Program-made: the position numbers and the translations under genes | Shown: one piece after another, positions 1-10,481 of the stretch | Layout of the letters: the number at the start of each line of letters is the position of its first letter | Numbering within the stretch: the stretch's first letter is position 1 | From: Spirochaetales bacterium | GTDB lineage: Bacteria; Spirochaetota; Spirochaetia; JABEVK01 | Reading direction: 5' to 3' | DNA: 64,000 nucleotides | Assembly: GCA_037142615.1 (NCBI GenBank) | Contig: JBAXAI010000008.1 | Location: forward strand, 1 to 64,000 | Notes under the pieces: model-generated | Told to the model about the DNA's origin: nothing | The model's database searches: none | What the model saw: only the letters and a program-made list of their open reading frames with translations

Positions 1-53
1 GACGGATCGCTGTCGCGATCCTTACCCCTGACGGATCGCTGTCGCGATCCTTA
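1..53. repeat. Two direct copies (period 29 bp) of a 24-bp palindromic unit GACGGATCGCTGTCGCGATCCTTA
   Basis: Identical 24-mers at 1-24 and 30-53, separated by CCCCT. Each folds as GGATCGC-tgtc-GCGATCC. The array may be truncated by the window edge. Confidence 0.85.
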
Positions 54-58
54 TGGCT

Positions 59-92
59 GGAGAATACCGGTGGCTCGCCACCGGTATTCTCC
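59..92. other. Perfect 16-bp inverted repeat upstream of pstC (RNA stem-loop or processing/stability element)
   Basis: GGAGAATACCGGTGGC-tc-GCCACCGGTATTCTCC; no U-tract follows. Confidence 0.7.
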
Positions 93-174
93 ACGCCGAC
101 CAAGGTGAATCTTTTCGGACGGTTTTGGTGACAGAACCGTGCGATGAGATTACCCTTACCCTGCAGGAGATCCG

Positions 175-1110
175 ATGTCGAACGAACCCGTTGTCCATTC
201 CGCCAACGTTGCAGGGCTCTTGAGGAGGCGGCTTCGACCGGGGGAAAATGTCATCCAGGTCTTGCTGGTGGCAAGCGCCCTGGTTTCGATCCTCACGACC
301 TTTGGCATTATCGCGGCCCTCTTGGGGGACGCCCTTCGGCTCTTCTTTTACGAAGGATTCAGCTTCTGGGATTTTTTCACCGGCACGTACTGGGATCCTT
401 CGAGCAACCATTTCGGCATCTGGGCGCTCCTCTCGGGGACCTTGATGACCAGCTTGGTTGCGATGGTTGTCGCGGTGCCTGTGGGCATGGCCATCGGAAT
501 CTACCTCAGCGAATATGCTTCGGCCCGGGTCGCGCGGACTCTCAAGCCCGTCCTTGAGATTCTGGCCGGCATCCCCTCCATCGTTTACGGGTATTTTGCG
601 ATCAACTTTGTCACACCATCGCTCCAGGCCATCATGGGTGACCTGATCAAACCACTCAACGCGTTGTCGGCGGGAATGGTGATGGGCATCCTCATCCTTC
701 CGCTGATAGCTTCGATGGCCGAAGACGCGCTCGGCGCCGTACCCAAGAGTCTCAAGCAGGCTGGGTTCGCCATGGGGGCAACCAAGCTCGAAGTGGCCCT
801 GCAGATCACCCTGCCCGCCGCAACCAGTGGCATTGTGGCGGCGATCATCCTCGGCCTGTCGCGCGCTATCGGTGAAACGATGATCGTGGCGTTGGCCGCA
901 GGTTCGTTCCCGCGGGTCAACCTGAATCCCCTTGGTTCCGTCGACACAATGACGGGCTACATCGTCCGCACCTCTGGCGGTGACATTCCCCAGAGCGGCA
1001 TCGAGTACATCAGTATCTTCGCGATCGGGTTGACCCTCTTTGTGATCACCCTCGGCTTGAACATCATCAGCCGACGCATCATCGAACACTTCCGGGAGGT
1101 GTACGAATGA
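175..1110 (+). CDS. pstC: Phosphate ABC transporter permease PstC
   Basis: Motifs AIGIYLSEYA, EILAGIPSIVYG, SRAIGETMIV; SD CAGGAG; operon with pstA/pstB. Confidence 0.95.
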   Translation: MSNEPVVHSANVAGLLRRRLRPGENVIQVLLVASALVSILTTFGIIAALLGDALRLFFYEGFSFWDFFTGTYWDPSSNHFGIWALLSGTLMTSLVAMVVAVPVGMAIGIYLSEYASARVARTLKPVLEILAGIPSIVYGYFAINFVTPSLQAIMGDLIKPLNALSAGMVMGILILPLIASMAEDALGAVPKSLKQAGFAMGATKLEVALQITLPAATSGIVAAIILGLSRAIGETMIVALAAGSFPRVNLNPLGSVDTMTGYIVRTSGGDIPQSGIEYISIFAIGLTLFVITLGLNIISRRIIEHFREVYE

Positions 1111-2387
1111 GCGAGCTCTTCGTCCGCGACAATGACCAGGTCGATTTTGCCCCCAACGTGGCGGGCCGAAAGGCTCGCGCGGGCCTCTGGAACGTGATTT
1201 TTTTGGCGGCCACCCTGGTGGGAGTGCTCTCCTTGGTTGCTCTCGTCACCTCGTTGCTGGATTCCTGTTTTGGTTACGTGATCGTTCAAGACGCCTACGC
1301 GTGGGCCGATGTTGCCACTGATCCGACGAAGAAACTCGAGGACTTGTCGCAGACCGAACTGGTCACCCTGATCCGAAGCACCGCTGAAGCTGACCTGACA
1401 GACCTCACCCTCGGCCGGCTCAAGTTTCTCGAGATGGACAGAACGTTGGAAGTTCGAACCTCGGAGGACCTGCGATCGCTGGTCCGCAAGGAAATTCTCA
1501 AGTCCGAGATTAAGAAGTCGTGGTCCCTTACCGAGTCGCTTTTGCAGGCGAACGAAATCGCGAACCTTCAGAAGTCCAAGTATCCCGAGGGTCAGCTGGC
1601 GTTTCGTTCCTGGTTGACGCCGAACTTCCTCACCCAGCCACAAACGGGCGGCAAAGCCGAGACAAACGGCCTGCGCGGCGCCATCATCGGTTCGATGTGG
1701 ATCATCCTCATCGCTATTGTCGTCGCCTTTCCGATCGGTATCGGTTCCGCCATTTATCTGGAAGAATACGCCACCAACAACTGGCTGAACCGGCTGATCC
1801 AAACCAACATTTACAATCTGGCCGGAGTGCCATCGATCATTTACGGCATGCTGGGCTTGGCGGTGTTCGTGCGGCTGGCCGAACCCCTGACTTCGGGATC
1901 GCTGTTCGGAGTGCAAGACGTGAACGGACGCACGGTGTTCTCAGCAGGCCTGACCCTGGGGATTTTGATTCTTCCCATTATCATCATCAACGCTCAGGAA
2001 GCTCTCAAAGCGATTCCCAACTCGCTGAGGTACTCCTCGTACGGGGTCGGGGCCACGAAATGGCAGACAGTCTGGCACCATGTGATCCCGGCGTCCCTGG
2101 ACAGAATTCTTACCGGTACGGTTTTCGGCATCAGCCGGGCCATCGGCGAGACTGCCCCTTTGGTCGTGATCGGAGCCTCGGCCTTCTTGACGCTCGACCC
2201 GAGCGGGCTGTTCAGCAAGTTCACCGCCCTCCCCATCCAGATTTTCACCTGGAGCCAGATGGCCGTACCCGAGTTCAAGCACACGGCCGCCGCGGCAATC
2301 ATCGTTTTGCTCGTCCTCTTGCTCGGTCTCAATACTGTCGCCATCATCTTCCGTAACCGGATCAAACAATCCAAGGATGCCCTATGA
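1107..2387 (+). CDS. pstA: Phosphate ABC transporter permease PstA with a long extracytoplasmic insert
   Basis: [31 protein letters not shown]; ATGA overlap with pstC. Confidence 0.95.
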   Translation: MSELFVRDNDQVDFAPNVAGRKARAGLWNVIFLAATLVGVLSLVALVTSLLDSCFGYVIVQDAYAWADVATDPTKKLEDLSQTELVTLIRSTAEADLTDLTLGRLKFLEMDRTLEVRTSEDLRSLVRKEILKSEIKKSWSLTESLLQANEIANLQKSKYPEGQLAFRSWLTPNFLTQPQTGGKAETNGLRGAIIGSMWIILIAIVVAFPIGIGSAIYLEEYATNNWLNRLIQTNIYNLAGVPSIIYGMLGLAVFVRLAEPLTSGSLFGVQDVNGRTVFSAGLTLGILILPIIIINAQEALKAIPNSLRYSSYGVGATKWQTVWHHVIPASLDRILTGTVFGISRAIGETAPLVVIGASAFLTLDPSGLFSKFTALPIQIFTWSQMAVPEFKHTAAAAIIVLLVLLLGLNTVAIIFRNRIKQSKDAL

Positions 2388-3145
2388 ACCCGGAAACCAG
2401 CGCCGGCCTCGATCTCAAAGGTGTGAACATCTTCTACGGTGACTTTCACGCCGTTCACAATCTCTCGATGACCTTTCAGAGTCGGGAAATCACGGCCCTC
2501 ATTGGGCCTTCGGGCTGTGGCAAGTCGACCTTGCTGCGTTCGCTCAACCGGATGAATGACCTCATTCCGTCGTCTCGAACCGAGGGGGAGGTCATTTTCC
2601 ACGGCAAGAACATCTACGACGCCGACGTTGACCCGGTACAGGTTCGCCGCTGGATCGGCATGGTATTCCAAAAGCCGAACCCTTTTCCCAAGACCATCTT
2701 TGAAAACGTGGCGTGGGGTGCCCGCATCAACGGCTACAAGGGCGACATGGAAGAACTGGTCGTCACCAGCATCCAACGCGTGGCGCTCTGGGACGAGGTA
2801 AAAGACAAGCTCCAAAAACCCGCGCTCGCGCTCTCGGGTGGTCAGCAGCAGCGCCTGTGCATTGCACGCACCATCGCGGTAAAACCCGAAATCATCCTGA
2901 TGGACGAACCGACTTCGGCGCTCGACCCCATCAGCACGGCCAAGATCGAAGACTTGCTCGACGAGCTCAAAAAGAGCTACACCATCATCATTGTCACCCA
3001 CAACATGCAGCAGGCCGGGCGTGTCAGCGACAAAGCCGCGTTCATGCTTACCGGCGTCATGGAAGAGTTCGGTCCGACCGACCAGATCTTCTTCAATCCC
3101 AAAAACCCCAAGACCGAAGCCTACATTTCCGGCCGCTTCGGCTGA
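2384..3145 (+). CDS. pstB: Phosphate ABC transporter ATPase PstB
   Basis: Walker [43 protein letters not shown]-terminal YISGRFG. Confidence 0.97.
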   Translation: MNPETSAGLDLKGVNIFYGDFHAVHNLSMTFQSREITALIGPSGCGKSTLLRSLNRMNDLIPSSRTEGEVIFHGKNIYDADVDPVQVRRWIGMVFQKPNPFPKTIFENVAWGARINGYKGDMEELVVTSIQRVALWDEVKDKLQKPALALSGGQQQRLCIARTIAVKPEIILMDEPTSALDPISTAKIEDLLDELKKSYTIIIVTHNMQQAGRVSDKAAFMLTGVMEEFGPTDQIFFNPKNPKTEAYISGRFG

Positions 3146-3158
3146 ACCAGGAGCCACC

Positions 3159-3806
3159 ATGCGCGAACACTTCACCCAGGAAATCCTGGGCATCAACCAG
3201 GACATGCAGAAAATGTCCGTTCTTGTCGAGGAGAACATCCGCCGTTCGCTCAAGGCGCTCACGTCGCAGGATGCCAAGCTCGCCAAAGAGGCGATCGCGG
3301 CCGACGCCAAGGTGAACGAACTGGAACTGGCCATCACCGACCGCTGCGTGCTGTTCATCGCCAAGGAGCAACCGGTTGCCGGTGACCTGCGGCACATCGT
3401 GGCCTGCCTCAAGGCCGTGAGCGATATCGAACGCATCGGCGACTACGCCGTGCACGCCGCCAAACGCGCCAAAGAACTGGCCGACGAAAAGTACATCAAA
3501 CCTCTGGTCGACATTCCCAAAATGCTGACGTTGGGGCTTGAGATGTGCCGCGACGGCGTGGGCTCGCTGGTGAACCACGATAGAGCCCTCGCCATTGCGA
3601 CGGCAGCCCGCGACGCCGATATGGACAACCTCAACAAACAGGTCAACCGGGAACTGCTGGCGCTGATGTTCGAAGACAAAGACAACATCAAGCAAGCCAC
3701 CAAGCTGCAGTTTCTCAGCCGGATTCTTGAACGGATGGGAGACCATGCCGTGACCATCTGCAGTTGGGCGCTGTACTCGGTCGATGGCGAGCACAGCGAA
3801 CTGTAG
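3159..3806 (+). CDS. phoU: Phosphate signalling regulator PhoU
   Basis: QPVAGDLR, ERIGDY and ERMGDHA repeats; start moved to ATG 3159 after SD CAGGAG. Confidence 0.95.
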   Translation: MREHFTQEILGINQDMQKMSVLVEENIRRSLKALTSQDAKLAKEAIAADAKVNELELAITDRCVLFIAKEQPVAGDLRHIVACLKAVSDIERIGDYAVHAAKRAKELADEKYIKPLVDIPKMLTLGLEMCRDGVGSLVNHDRALAIATAARDADMDNLNKQVNRELLALMFEDKDNIKQATKLQFLSRILERMGDHAVTICSWALYSVDGEHSEL

Positions 3807-3818
3807 AGGGAGCGCGGC

Positions 3819-4511
3819 ATGGCCTACGGCAAGATCCTGGTGGTGGAAGACAATCCCGACATCCTCGAACTCGTCGCCTACAACCTCGAGGCCCAGGGCT
3901 ACGAGGTGCTTCGCGCGGGCACCGGCGAAAACGGTCTGGCGCGTGCGCGCAAAGAGGCCCCTGATCTGGTCGTTCTCGACGTGATGCTGCCGGGAATCAA
4001 CGGCCTCGACGTGTGCCGCAAACTCAAACAGGACGAGGCGACGCGCAAGATTCCGGTGATCCTGCTGACGGCCAAGAGCGAAGACTCCGACATCATCAGC
4101 GGGCTTGAACTCGGCGCCGACGATTACATCACCAAACCGTTCTCGCCCAAGGTGCTCATCGCCCGCGCCCGCGCCCTGCTGCGGCGGCTGTCGGAAGACA
4201 CCGGCGAAGTCGCCGGATCACTTCAGGTTCACGGCATTTTCCTCGATGTGGACCGCCACGAGGTTTTGGTCGACGGCGTGGACGCGCAGTTGTCGGCCAC
4301 CGAGTTCGCCATTCTGCGCCATTTCATGGAGCACCCGGGCCGGGTTTTTTCGCGCGGGCAGATCATTGATGCCGTCCGTGGTGGCAACTATCCGGTGACG
4401 GAGCGCTCCGTGGACGTGCAGATCCTGGGCCTTCGCAAGCACCTGGGGAGTCAGGGCCAGCACGTCGAAACCGTCCGGGGGGTAGGCTACCGACTCCGGA
4501 GCCTCTCGTGA
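3819..4511 (+). CDS. phoB: OmpR-family response regulator PhoB
   Basis: REC (LDVMLPG, GADDYITKPFS) plus winged HTH (ETVRGVGYR); pst context. Confidence 0.9.
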   Translation: MAYGKILVVEDNPDILELVAYNLEAQGYEVLRAGTGENGLARARKEAPDLVVLDVMLPGINGLDVCRKLKQDEATRKIPVILLTAKSEDSDIISGLELGADDYITKPFSPKVLIARARALLRRLSEDTGEVAGSLQVHGIFLDVDRHEVLVDGVDAQLSATEFAILRHFMEHPGRVFSRGQIIDAVRGGNYPVTERSVDVQILGLRKHLGSQGQHVETVRGVGYRLRSLS

Positions 4512-6289
4512 AACTCTCAGGATGGCGGCTTGGACTGTCGCTTGCGTTGGGAGTCGTGGTTGTACAGGGTCTCCTCGTAGGTTATCTGGCCAACCGAGCG
4601 CGCGCCAGCGGGCTGGAAAGCCTGCTTTCGTCTTTGGCAACCACTGCCGACCTTCTGGCGCAAACCCGCCACTCCGAACTTCTGGCCGCGTTGGCCGGAT
4701 CTCGTGCACAGGGACTGTCGGACTTGACGCCGGGGCCGGGGCAGCAACTGAGCCTGCTCGACGCCGAGGGGCGGCTCGTGCGGGAGGCGGCCAAGGACTC
4801 CCAGGTCATGCAAGACCCGTCACCCGCACCAGAGCTCGACGCAGCCCGGACCTCATCCCTTGGAAAGGCCCTTCGCTACTCGGCTGTCGAGGGCCGGGAG
4901 CTCCTCTTCGTGGCGGTGGCCTTGCGGAACGAGAACCAACTGGTTGGCTTTGTCAGGGTTTCGGCTTCCCCTGCCCCGGTCGATCAAGCGTTGGGTCAAC
5001 TCGTAGTCGTGTTCCTCGGGGTCACCTCGCTTCTGTTTCTCGGAATTGGTGCCATCGCGCTTACGGTGGGCCGGCGTTTTGACAGCCGGCTGGAGGCCCT
5101 TTCGGCCGGGGCTTCCCAGTTCGCCCAAGGTCAACGACCCGCCGCGCTGTTCTTGACCCGGCCGGCAAGCCTGCGCCAACTTTCGTTGAACCTGAACTCG
5201 CTCTACGACCGAGTCGACGCCCGCTTGAGTCAGCTGGGCGATGAAAAAAACGAGTTGATGGCCATCCTGGCCGGCATGGTCGAAGCTGTCGTCGTACTCG
5301 ACGCTCACCTGGTCGTCAAGACCATGAATCCGTCGGCGCGGCGCCTGTTTCCGGGCACGCGGGTCCCCGAAGGACTGAGTCTCATCGAAGCAGTCCGCAA
5401 CTCCGCGCTTGATGACCTAGCCCGGGACCTGCTCAAGGGGCCGGAAGACCAGCGACGAACGGAATTGCCGCTGGCGGAGCGCCAAATCACGCTACAGGTG
5501 CAGGGTGCAGCGCTCAGATCGTCCACAGGTACCACCTGGGGACTTGTGCTGGTCATGAGCGACATCACCCAGCTCAAGCGGCTGGAAATCATGCGCCGGG
5601 ACTTCGTAGCCAACGTGTCCCACGAACTCAAGACCCCCCTGACGACGATCCGCGGCTACGTGGAAACCCTGCGCGAGGGAGCCTTGGCCGACCCGGAGCG
5701 CGCCGAAACGTTTCTGTCGGTCATCGAGCGTCAGGCTGATCGCCTTGCCCTCATTGTCGACGACCTGCTCATCCTCACCCGACTGGAAAACAGCCCCCCC
5801 GAAGAAGGGGAACTGCGCTCGGTTGACCTCGACGAACTGGTCGAGACCGTGCTGGCCTCGTTTGCCGACCGGGCAAAAAAGTTGCGACTCAAACTCGTTC
5901 ACCAGCGGTCCGAAGTCCTCGCCGTCCTGCCTGTCTTCCCGCTGCTCCTGGAACAGGCGCTGGGAAACCTGCTCGACAACTCGCTGAAGTTCTGTTCAGC
6001 CGGCGCTGTCGTCACCGTCACTGTCTCGAGTGAGCGAGGCGAATGTCAGGTGGAAGTCCGTGACAACGGGCCGGGGATCGCTGAAGGCGACCAGCAACGC
6101 GTCTTCGAACGGTTCTACCGTACCGAGGCCAGCCGAACCATCGACGGAACGGGCCTGGGCCTGGCTCTTGTGAAGCACATCGTGCTCCTTCACCACGGAA
6201 CCGTGACGCTTTCGAGCCCACCGCCGGGCCGCCGCAAAGGCACGTCGTTCTTGCTGTCGTTTGCTCAGGCGGACCCGGCAGGCAGATAG
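4508..6289 (+). CDS. phoR: Sensor histidine kinase PhoR
   Basis: Two TM segments, PAS, H-box RRDFVANVSHELKTPL, G-boxes DNGPGI and GTGLGL. Confidence 0.9.
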   Translation: MKLSGWRLGLSLALGVVVVQGLLVGYLANRARASGLESLLSSLATTADLLAQTRHSELLAALAGSRAQGLSDLTPGPGQQLSLLDAEGRLVREAAKDSQVMQDPSPAPELDAARTSSLGKALRYSAVEGRELLFVAVALRNENQLVGFVRVSASPAPVDQALGQLVVVFLGVTSLLFLGIGAIALTVGRRFDSRLEALSAGASQFAQGQRPAALFLTRPASLRQLSLNLNSLYDRVDARLSQLGDEKNELMAILAGMVEAVVVLDAHLVVKTMNPSARRLFPGTRVPEGLSLIEAVRNSALDDLARDLLKGPEDQRRTELPLAERQITLQVQGAALRSSTGTTWGLVLVMSDITQLKRLEIMRRDFVANVSHELKTPLTTIRGYVETLREGALADPERAETFLSVIERQADRLALIVDDLLILTRLENSPPEEGELRSVDLDELVETVLASFADRAKKLRLKLVHQRSEVLAVLPVFPLLLEQALGNLLDNSLKFCSAGAVVTVTVSSERGECQVEVRDNGPGIAEGDQQRVFERFYRTEASRTIDGTGLGLALVKHIVLLHHGTVTLSSPPPGRRKGTSFLLSFAQADPAGR

Positions 6290-8556
6290 ACCCGGAAGAG
6301 CGTGCCCTTGCCGGGTTCCGACTCGACTTCCACAACGCCGCCGTGCTTCTTGACCACCGAAAAACAAATCGAAAGACCCAAGCCCGTGCCAGAAGGTTTG
6401 GTCGTGAAGAACGGGTCGAAGATCCGGGGGAGCACAGACGAAGGAATCCCGGGTCCGGTGTCCCTAACTTCAATGACCACATAGTCCCCTACGGGGAGGT
6501 CAGAATCCGGGTGTTCAAAGGCGGGTCTGTTCTCGAGGTGTACGGTTACCAGGCCCTTTCCGGGCTCCAGGACCTGCTTGGCGTTGAGAACGAGGTTCTC
6601 GAACACCTGCCCGATTTGACCCTCGTTCCCAAAAACCGGCCACAGGTCCTTGGGAGACTCCACTTTCCAGGTAATCCCCGAGCTTCCCAAGACAAACTCG
6701 AGCGTCTGATTCAGGTTCTCAAGAAGCCGGAAGTTGTGTTTCGTGGGTTGTCCACCCTTGGCAAACGTCAATAACTGCTGGGTAAGCGCACGCGCCCGCT
6801 CAAAGGGTCCGAGCGCATTGTCGAGGTACTGGCCCACCAGTTCAGCCGACTCGGTGTTCATGCGGGCCAACTGGAGAAAGCCGAACATTCCGGTGAGCAA
6901 GTTGTTGAAGTCGTGAGCGATGCCACCGGCGAGAAGGCCGATCGATTCGAGCTTCTCTGACTGTCTGAGCCGTTCCTCGATGCGCTCCCTCTGCGAAACG
7001 TCGCGAAGCAGCATGACCCGACCCCGGATTTCCCCGCCCGCGTCAAGAAGGTCCGAAACGTGGGTCTCCAGATGCAAACTCCGGCCGTCGGGCAAGTCGA
7101 GGGTCCAGGGCGTCAACGTGTCCCTGGCCTCCCACGGAAGCCGGAGGTCAAGCTCGGACCAGTGCCTGCCAACGGTCTGGCTGTCGGACCAGTCGAGCAG
7201 AGTCTGCGTCGTGCGGTTGATCAGGATGACCTGGCCTTCCTCGCCGATGGCAATCACGCCGTCACCGATATTTTCAAGCGTTACCGCGAGCAACTCCTGC
7301 TCACGCTGCAGCGTTTCCTGGAGCTTGTGCTGCGGGGTCACATCGATGGCGAGTCCCGTCCACACTACGGCGCCGTCCGACTGCTCCTGAGGAAACGAAG
7401 TCGCCAACGTCCAGACCGTTGAACCGTTAGGGCGAATCAGCCGGAACTCCAGCGAAAAGACCGTCAGGTTGCGGGCAGACTCGTCGAGTGCCGCTCGAAA
7501 CCGACCGAGGTCCTGAGGATGCACAGCCCCCTGAACAAGGTGAAAGTTAGCCATCACCTGCTCGGGGGTGAAGGGGACAAAGAGGTCGATTCCTGGGCTC
7601 AGGTACTGAAAACTCCACTTCCCGGCCCTTCGCACCAACTTGTAGAACAGTCCCGGGAGCAAGTTCGTCATGTCTTGGAGAAACTGGTCGGCTTCATGTC
7701 GCCGTTCCTCGGCCAGGCGCGTGTCGAGAGCCCAAGCCAAGTCATGCGCCATTTCTCCCAAGAGGCCCACTTCCTCGGGGGTGAAGACTCCTTCTTCCTG
7801 CGAGTAAAAGCTCAAACAGCCCCAAAGTTTCCCATCCACGGTCAAAGGAAAAACCCCGGAGGAACGGAAGCCTCCGCGATCGGTCAAGAGGTTCTCGATT
7901 ACCTCCTGGCCACTTTCCAGCGCCCTCTTCTCCTGAGTCAGTCGAGGTTCCAGCCCGTGCTCGAGCAGCGCCGAACGGGAAGTCGCCACCGTGACAAGCC
8001 GGTCTTCCCAACGCTGGAGCACCCTCACCAGCGAGTACTGCCCGAAGCGGGTGGCGATTCCACAGACCTCCTGAAGCAACAACGGTGAGCCCAAACTCCG
8101 AAAGATTGCTTTGTTGAAGCTGGAATGAATCTGGTGAACCCGGCCCAACCGCGCGAGCTGGATCTCGGCACGCAACCGGGCCAGACGAAGCGAACCCTCA
8201 CGAATCCCTCGCTCAATCGCCAGCGGAAGGCGCTCAAGACTATCTTTGAACACACAATCACTGGCGCCGGCTCGGATCAAATCCACCGCAGGCGAAGCGT
8301 CCGGGCCAGCAAGCACGATGAGCGGCGGCGGTACTGCCAACGCCTGAACGACCTTCAACACTTCGAGCGCCGAAAACCCTGGAAGGGTGTGCTCACAAAG
8401 CAGAAAATCCCAGCCGTCAGAGGCGTGCAAACGGACGGCCTCAAGGCTGGCGATCCTCTGGTGCTCGGCCACGTAGCCTGCCCCTCGCAGGCAGCTCAAG
8501 ACAAGATTTTCGTCTTCGGCCAAGTCTTGGATAAGCAGAAACCGTACCACTGACAT
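6265..8556 (-). CDS. Soluble sensor kinase: REC(pseudo)-GAF-PAS-PAS-HisKA-HATPase
   Basis: AGGIAHDFNNLL H-box, FDPFFTTK, GTGLGLS; N-terminal receiver-like domain. Confidence 0.9.
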   Translation of the reverse strand: MSVVRFLLIQDLAEDENLVLSCLRGAGYVAEHQRIASLEAVRLHASDGWDFLLCEHTLPGFSALEVLKVVQALAVPPPLIVLAGPDASPAVDLIRAGASDCVFKDSLERLPLAIERGIREGSLRLARLRAEIQLARLGRVHQIHSSFNKAIFRSLGSPLLLQEVCGIATRFGQYSLVRVLQRWEDRLVTVATSRSALLEHGLEPRLTQEKRALESGQEVIENLLTDRGGFRSSGVFPLTVDGKLWGCLSFYSQEEGVFTPEEVGLLGEMAHDLAWALDTRLAEERRHEADQFLQDMTNLLPGLFYKLVRRAGKWSFQYLSPGIDLFVPFTPEQVMANFHLVQGAVHPQDLGRFRAALDESARNLTVFSLEFRLIRPNGSTVWTLATSFPQEQSDGAVVWTGLAIDVTPQHKLQETLQREQELLAVTLENIGDGVIAIGEEGQVILINRTTQTLLDWSDSQTVGRHWSELDLRLPWEARDTLTPWTLDLPDGRSLHLETHVSDLLDAGGEIRGRVMLLRDVSQRERIEERLRQSEKLESIGLLAGGIAHDFNNLLTGMFGFLQLARMNTESAELVGQYLDNALGPFERARALTQQLLTFAKGGQPTKHNFRLLENLNQTLEFVLGSSGITWKVESPKDLWPVFGNEGQIGQVFENLVLNAKQVLEPGKGLVTVHLENRPAFEHPDSDLPVGDYVVIEVRDTGPGIPSSVLPRIFDPFFTTKPSGTGLGLSICFSVVKKHGGVVEVESEPGKGTLFRVYLPAGSA

Positions 8557-8568
8557 GGCTACCTCTGG

Positions 8569-9612
8569 TCAAAGTGTCGGGGAAGTCTCGGCTTTCGGCA
8601 AGGGGGCGGGTCGATACGCCGTTGTATCAAGAGTTTCGTCGTCAAAAAGGCGCATTCCTGCTTCCAGAACCGCGCTCATCGGCTCGAAGGACTTGTAGGG
8701 TGGGCTCAGGAGTTGTCGCCACTTCCTGGCACCCCGAAAACCGGCGAACAAGTCGGTCATATGTCGGAAGATCTTGTGGGGTGCCAGACCGCGAGCTTCC
8801 CACTCGTCCATGTAGAGAATCATCGCCTGCAACACCGACCGGCGGGTGATGGGCTGCGAGGGCGGTCCAAACGCGTGGTTTTCGGCAACGGTCAGAAAGT
8901 AGGGATCCTCGTAGGCGGCGCGGCCAAGCATCACGCCATCGACCTTGCCCGAGTGACTCACAAGAGCTTCCAGGGAGCGGATACCGCCGTTGATCTCGAT
9001 GCACAAATGCGGAAAGTCCTGCTTGAGCAGGTAGACATCGTCGTAGCGCAGCGGCGGGATTTCGCGGTTCTGACGGGGATCGAGGCCCTCAAGAATAGCA
9101 ATGCGGGCATGAATGATGAAGCGGTCGGCGCCTGCGTCGGCACACAGCGACACAAACTCAGCCATTTCCTCGTAAGTTTCGCGGCGCACGCCATGGCCTT
9201 CGATGCCGATGCGGTGTTTGACTGTCACGGGCTTGGATGTGGAGTCTTTCATGGCTTTGACGAGGTCGGCCACGACACCCGGCTCACCCATCAGGCAAGC
9301 CCCGAAGTGCGCATTCTGAACCTTGTCGGACGGGCAGCCGCAGTTCAAGTTGATTTCATCATACGGCCAAGCTTCGGCCTTGCGAACCGAAGCCGCGACA
9401 TCGGTGGTGCTGTCACCAGCAATCTGCAGAGCGAGCGGCTTTTCACGGGGGTCAAAGTCAAGAATCTGCTCGGACTTTCCCCTCAACACAGCACCCGTGG
9501 TCTGCATTTCGGTATAGAGCAAGGATCGCAGTGCCAATTGGCGATGGAAGAACCGGCAGTGCCGGTCCGTCCAATCCACCATGGGGGCTACAGAAAGAAG
9601 CGGTCGGGTCAT
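8569..9612 (-). CDS. dusA: tRNA-dihydrouridine(20/20a) synthase DusA
   Basis: SVAPMVDWTDRHCR, INLNCGCPS, VTVKHRIG, NREIPPLRYD, GVMLGRAAY. Confidence 0.93.
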   Translation of the reverse strand: MTRPLLSVAPMVDWTDRHCRFFHRQLALRSLLYTEMQTTGAVLRGKSEQILDFDPREKPLALQIAGDSTTDVAASVRKAEAWPYDEINLNCGCPSDKVQNAHFGACLMGEPGVVADLVKAMKDSTSKPVTVKHRIGIEGHGVRRETYEEMAEFVSLCADAGADRFIIHARIAILEGLDPRQNREIPPLRYDDVYLLKQDFPHLCIEINGGIRSLEALVSHSGKVDGVMLGRAAYEDPYFLTVAENHAFGPPSQPITRRSVLQAMILYMDEWEARGLAPHKIFRHMTDLFAGFRGARKWRQLLSPPYKSFEPMSAVLEAGMRLFDDETLDTTAYRPAPLPKAETSPTL

Positions 9613-9875
9613 TCCCGGGGGGGGCGAGGCTTGTTAACGGCCTCGTTGACCCTCAGGCGGCGTCCCTCGAACTCTTTGCCGTCGAGATCCGCAATAGCCT
9701 GGGTGGCGGCTTCGGCGGCGGCCATTTCGACGAAGGCGAACCCTCGTGGTTGACCAGTTTCCCGATCGGTGACCAAGGAAACTCCTGCCACTTCCCCGTA
9801 CCGGGAAAACAGACCCTGCAGGCCTTCTGCGGTTGTCCTGTAGTTCAAATTACCAACATAAATCTTCTTACCCAT
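9609..9875 (-). CDS. Single-RRM RNA-binding protein
   Basis: RNP2 IYVGNL and RNP1 RGFAFVEM. Confidence 0.95.
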   Translation of the reverse strand: MGKKIYVGNLNYRTTAEGLQGLFSRYGEVAGVSLVTDRETGQPRGFAFVEMAAAEAATQAIADLDGKEFEGRRLRVNEAVNKPRPPRE

Positions 9876-9911
9876 GAGAAAATCCTTGAGAGTGAGATAT
9901 CGCTTTTATAA

Positions 9912-10481
9912 TCAAAAGAACGACGTCTGTCCACCGGGATTCAACTTCTTGAGGCAGGCCAGAAAGACCTCCATGCAGACCCGGGCATCATCTTCGGCGC
10001 GGTGGGCCTCGAGGGCCTTCACGCCCAGATCGAGGGCCAGGGACTGGAGTTTGTAGTTTTGCCGTCCTGGCCAGGCCCGTCGGCTCATGGGCTGTGTATC
10101 GATGAAGTCGTTGGCCAGCATAGGATTGCCTTGCCGCCTGAGCGAAGCGGTGACAAACCCCAAGTCAAACTGGGCATTGTGAGCGACCAAGACTGAGGAA
10201 CCCACGAACTCGACAAAGGCCGGCAGCACGGCCTCGATGCCGGGTTTGCCTTCGAGCATGGCATCGGTGATGCCGTTGACGGCGCTGGCTCCCGGGGGCA
10301 TGGCGAGGCCCGGTTGAACAAGCGCGCTGAAGCGGGCCGTCTCCCGACCATCGATGAACTTGACAGCACCGATTTCGACGATCCTGTCGTACTGCGGCGA
10401 AAGACCGGTGGTCTCCAGGTCGAAAGCGACGAAGACCGTCTGGGGATTCTGCAGAGACTCATAGTCAGTTCGTTCGCCCAT
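9912..10481 (-). CDS. DnaQ-like (DEDDh) 3'-5' exonuclease
   Basis: FDLETTG, VAHNAQFD, HRAEDDA; start placed at the ATG overlapping the pgm stop. Confidence 0.9.
   Translation of the reverse strand: MGERTDYESLQNPQTVFVAFDLETTGLSPQYDRIVEIGAVKFIDGRETARFSALVQPGLAMPPGASAVNGITDAMLEGKPGIEAVLPAFVEFVGSSVLVAHNAQFDLGFVTASLRRQGNPMLANDFIDTQPMSRRAWPGRQNYKLQSLALDLGVKALEAHRAEDDARVCMEVFLACLKKLNPGGQTSFF

Noticed and set aside
1-53. CRISPR array
   Set aside because: Only two units separated by 5 bp; no spacer-length unique sequence and no cas genes in the window.
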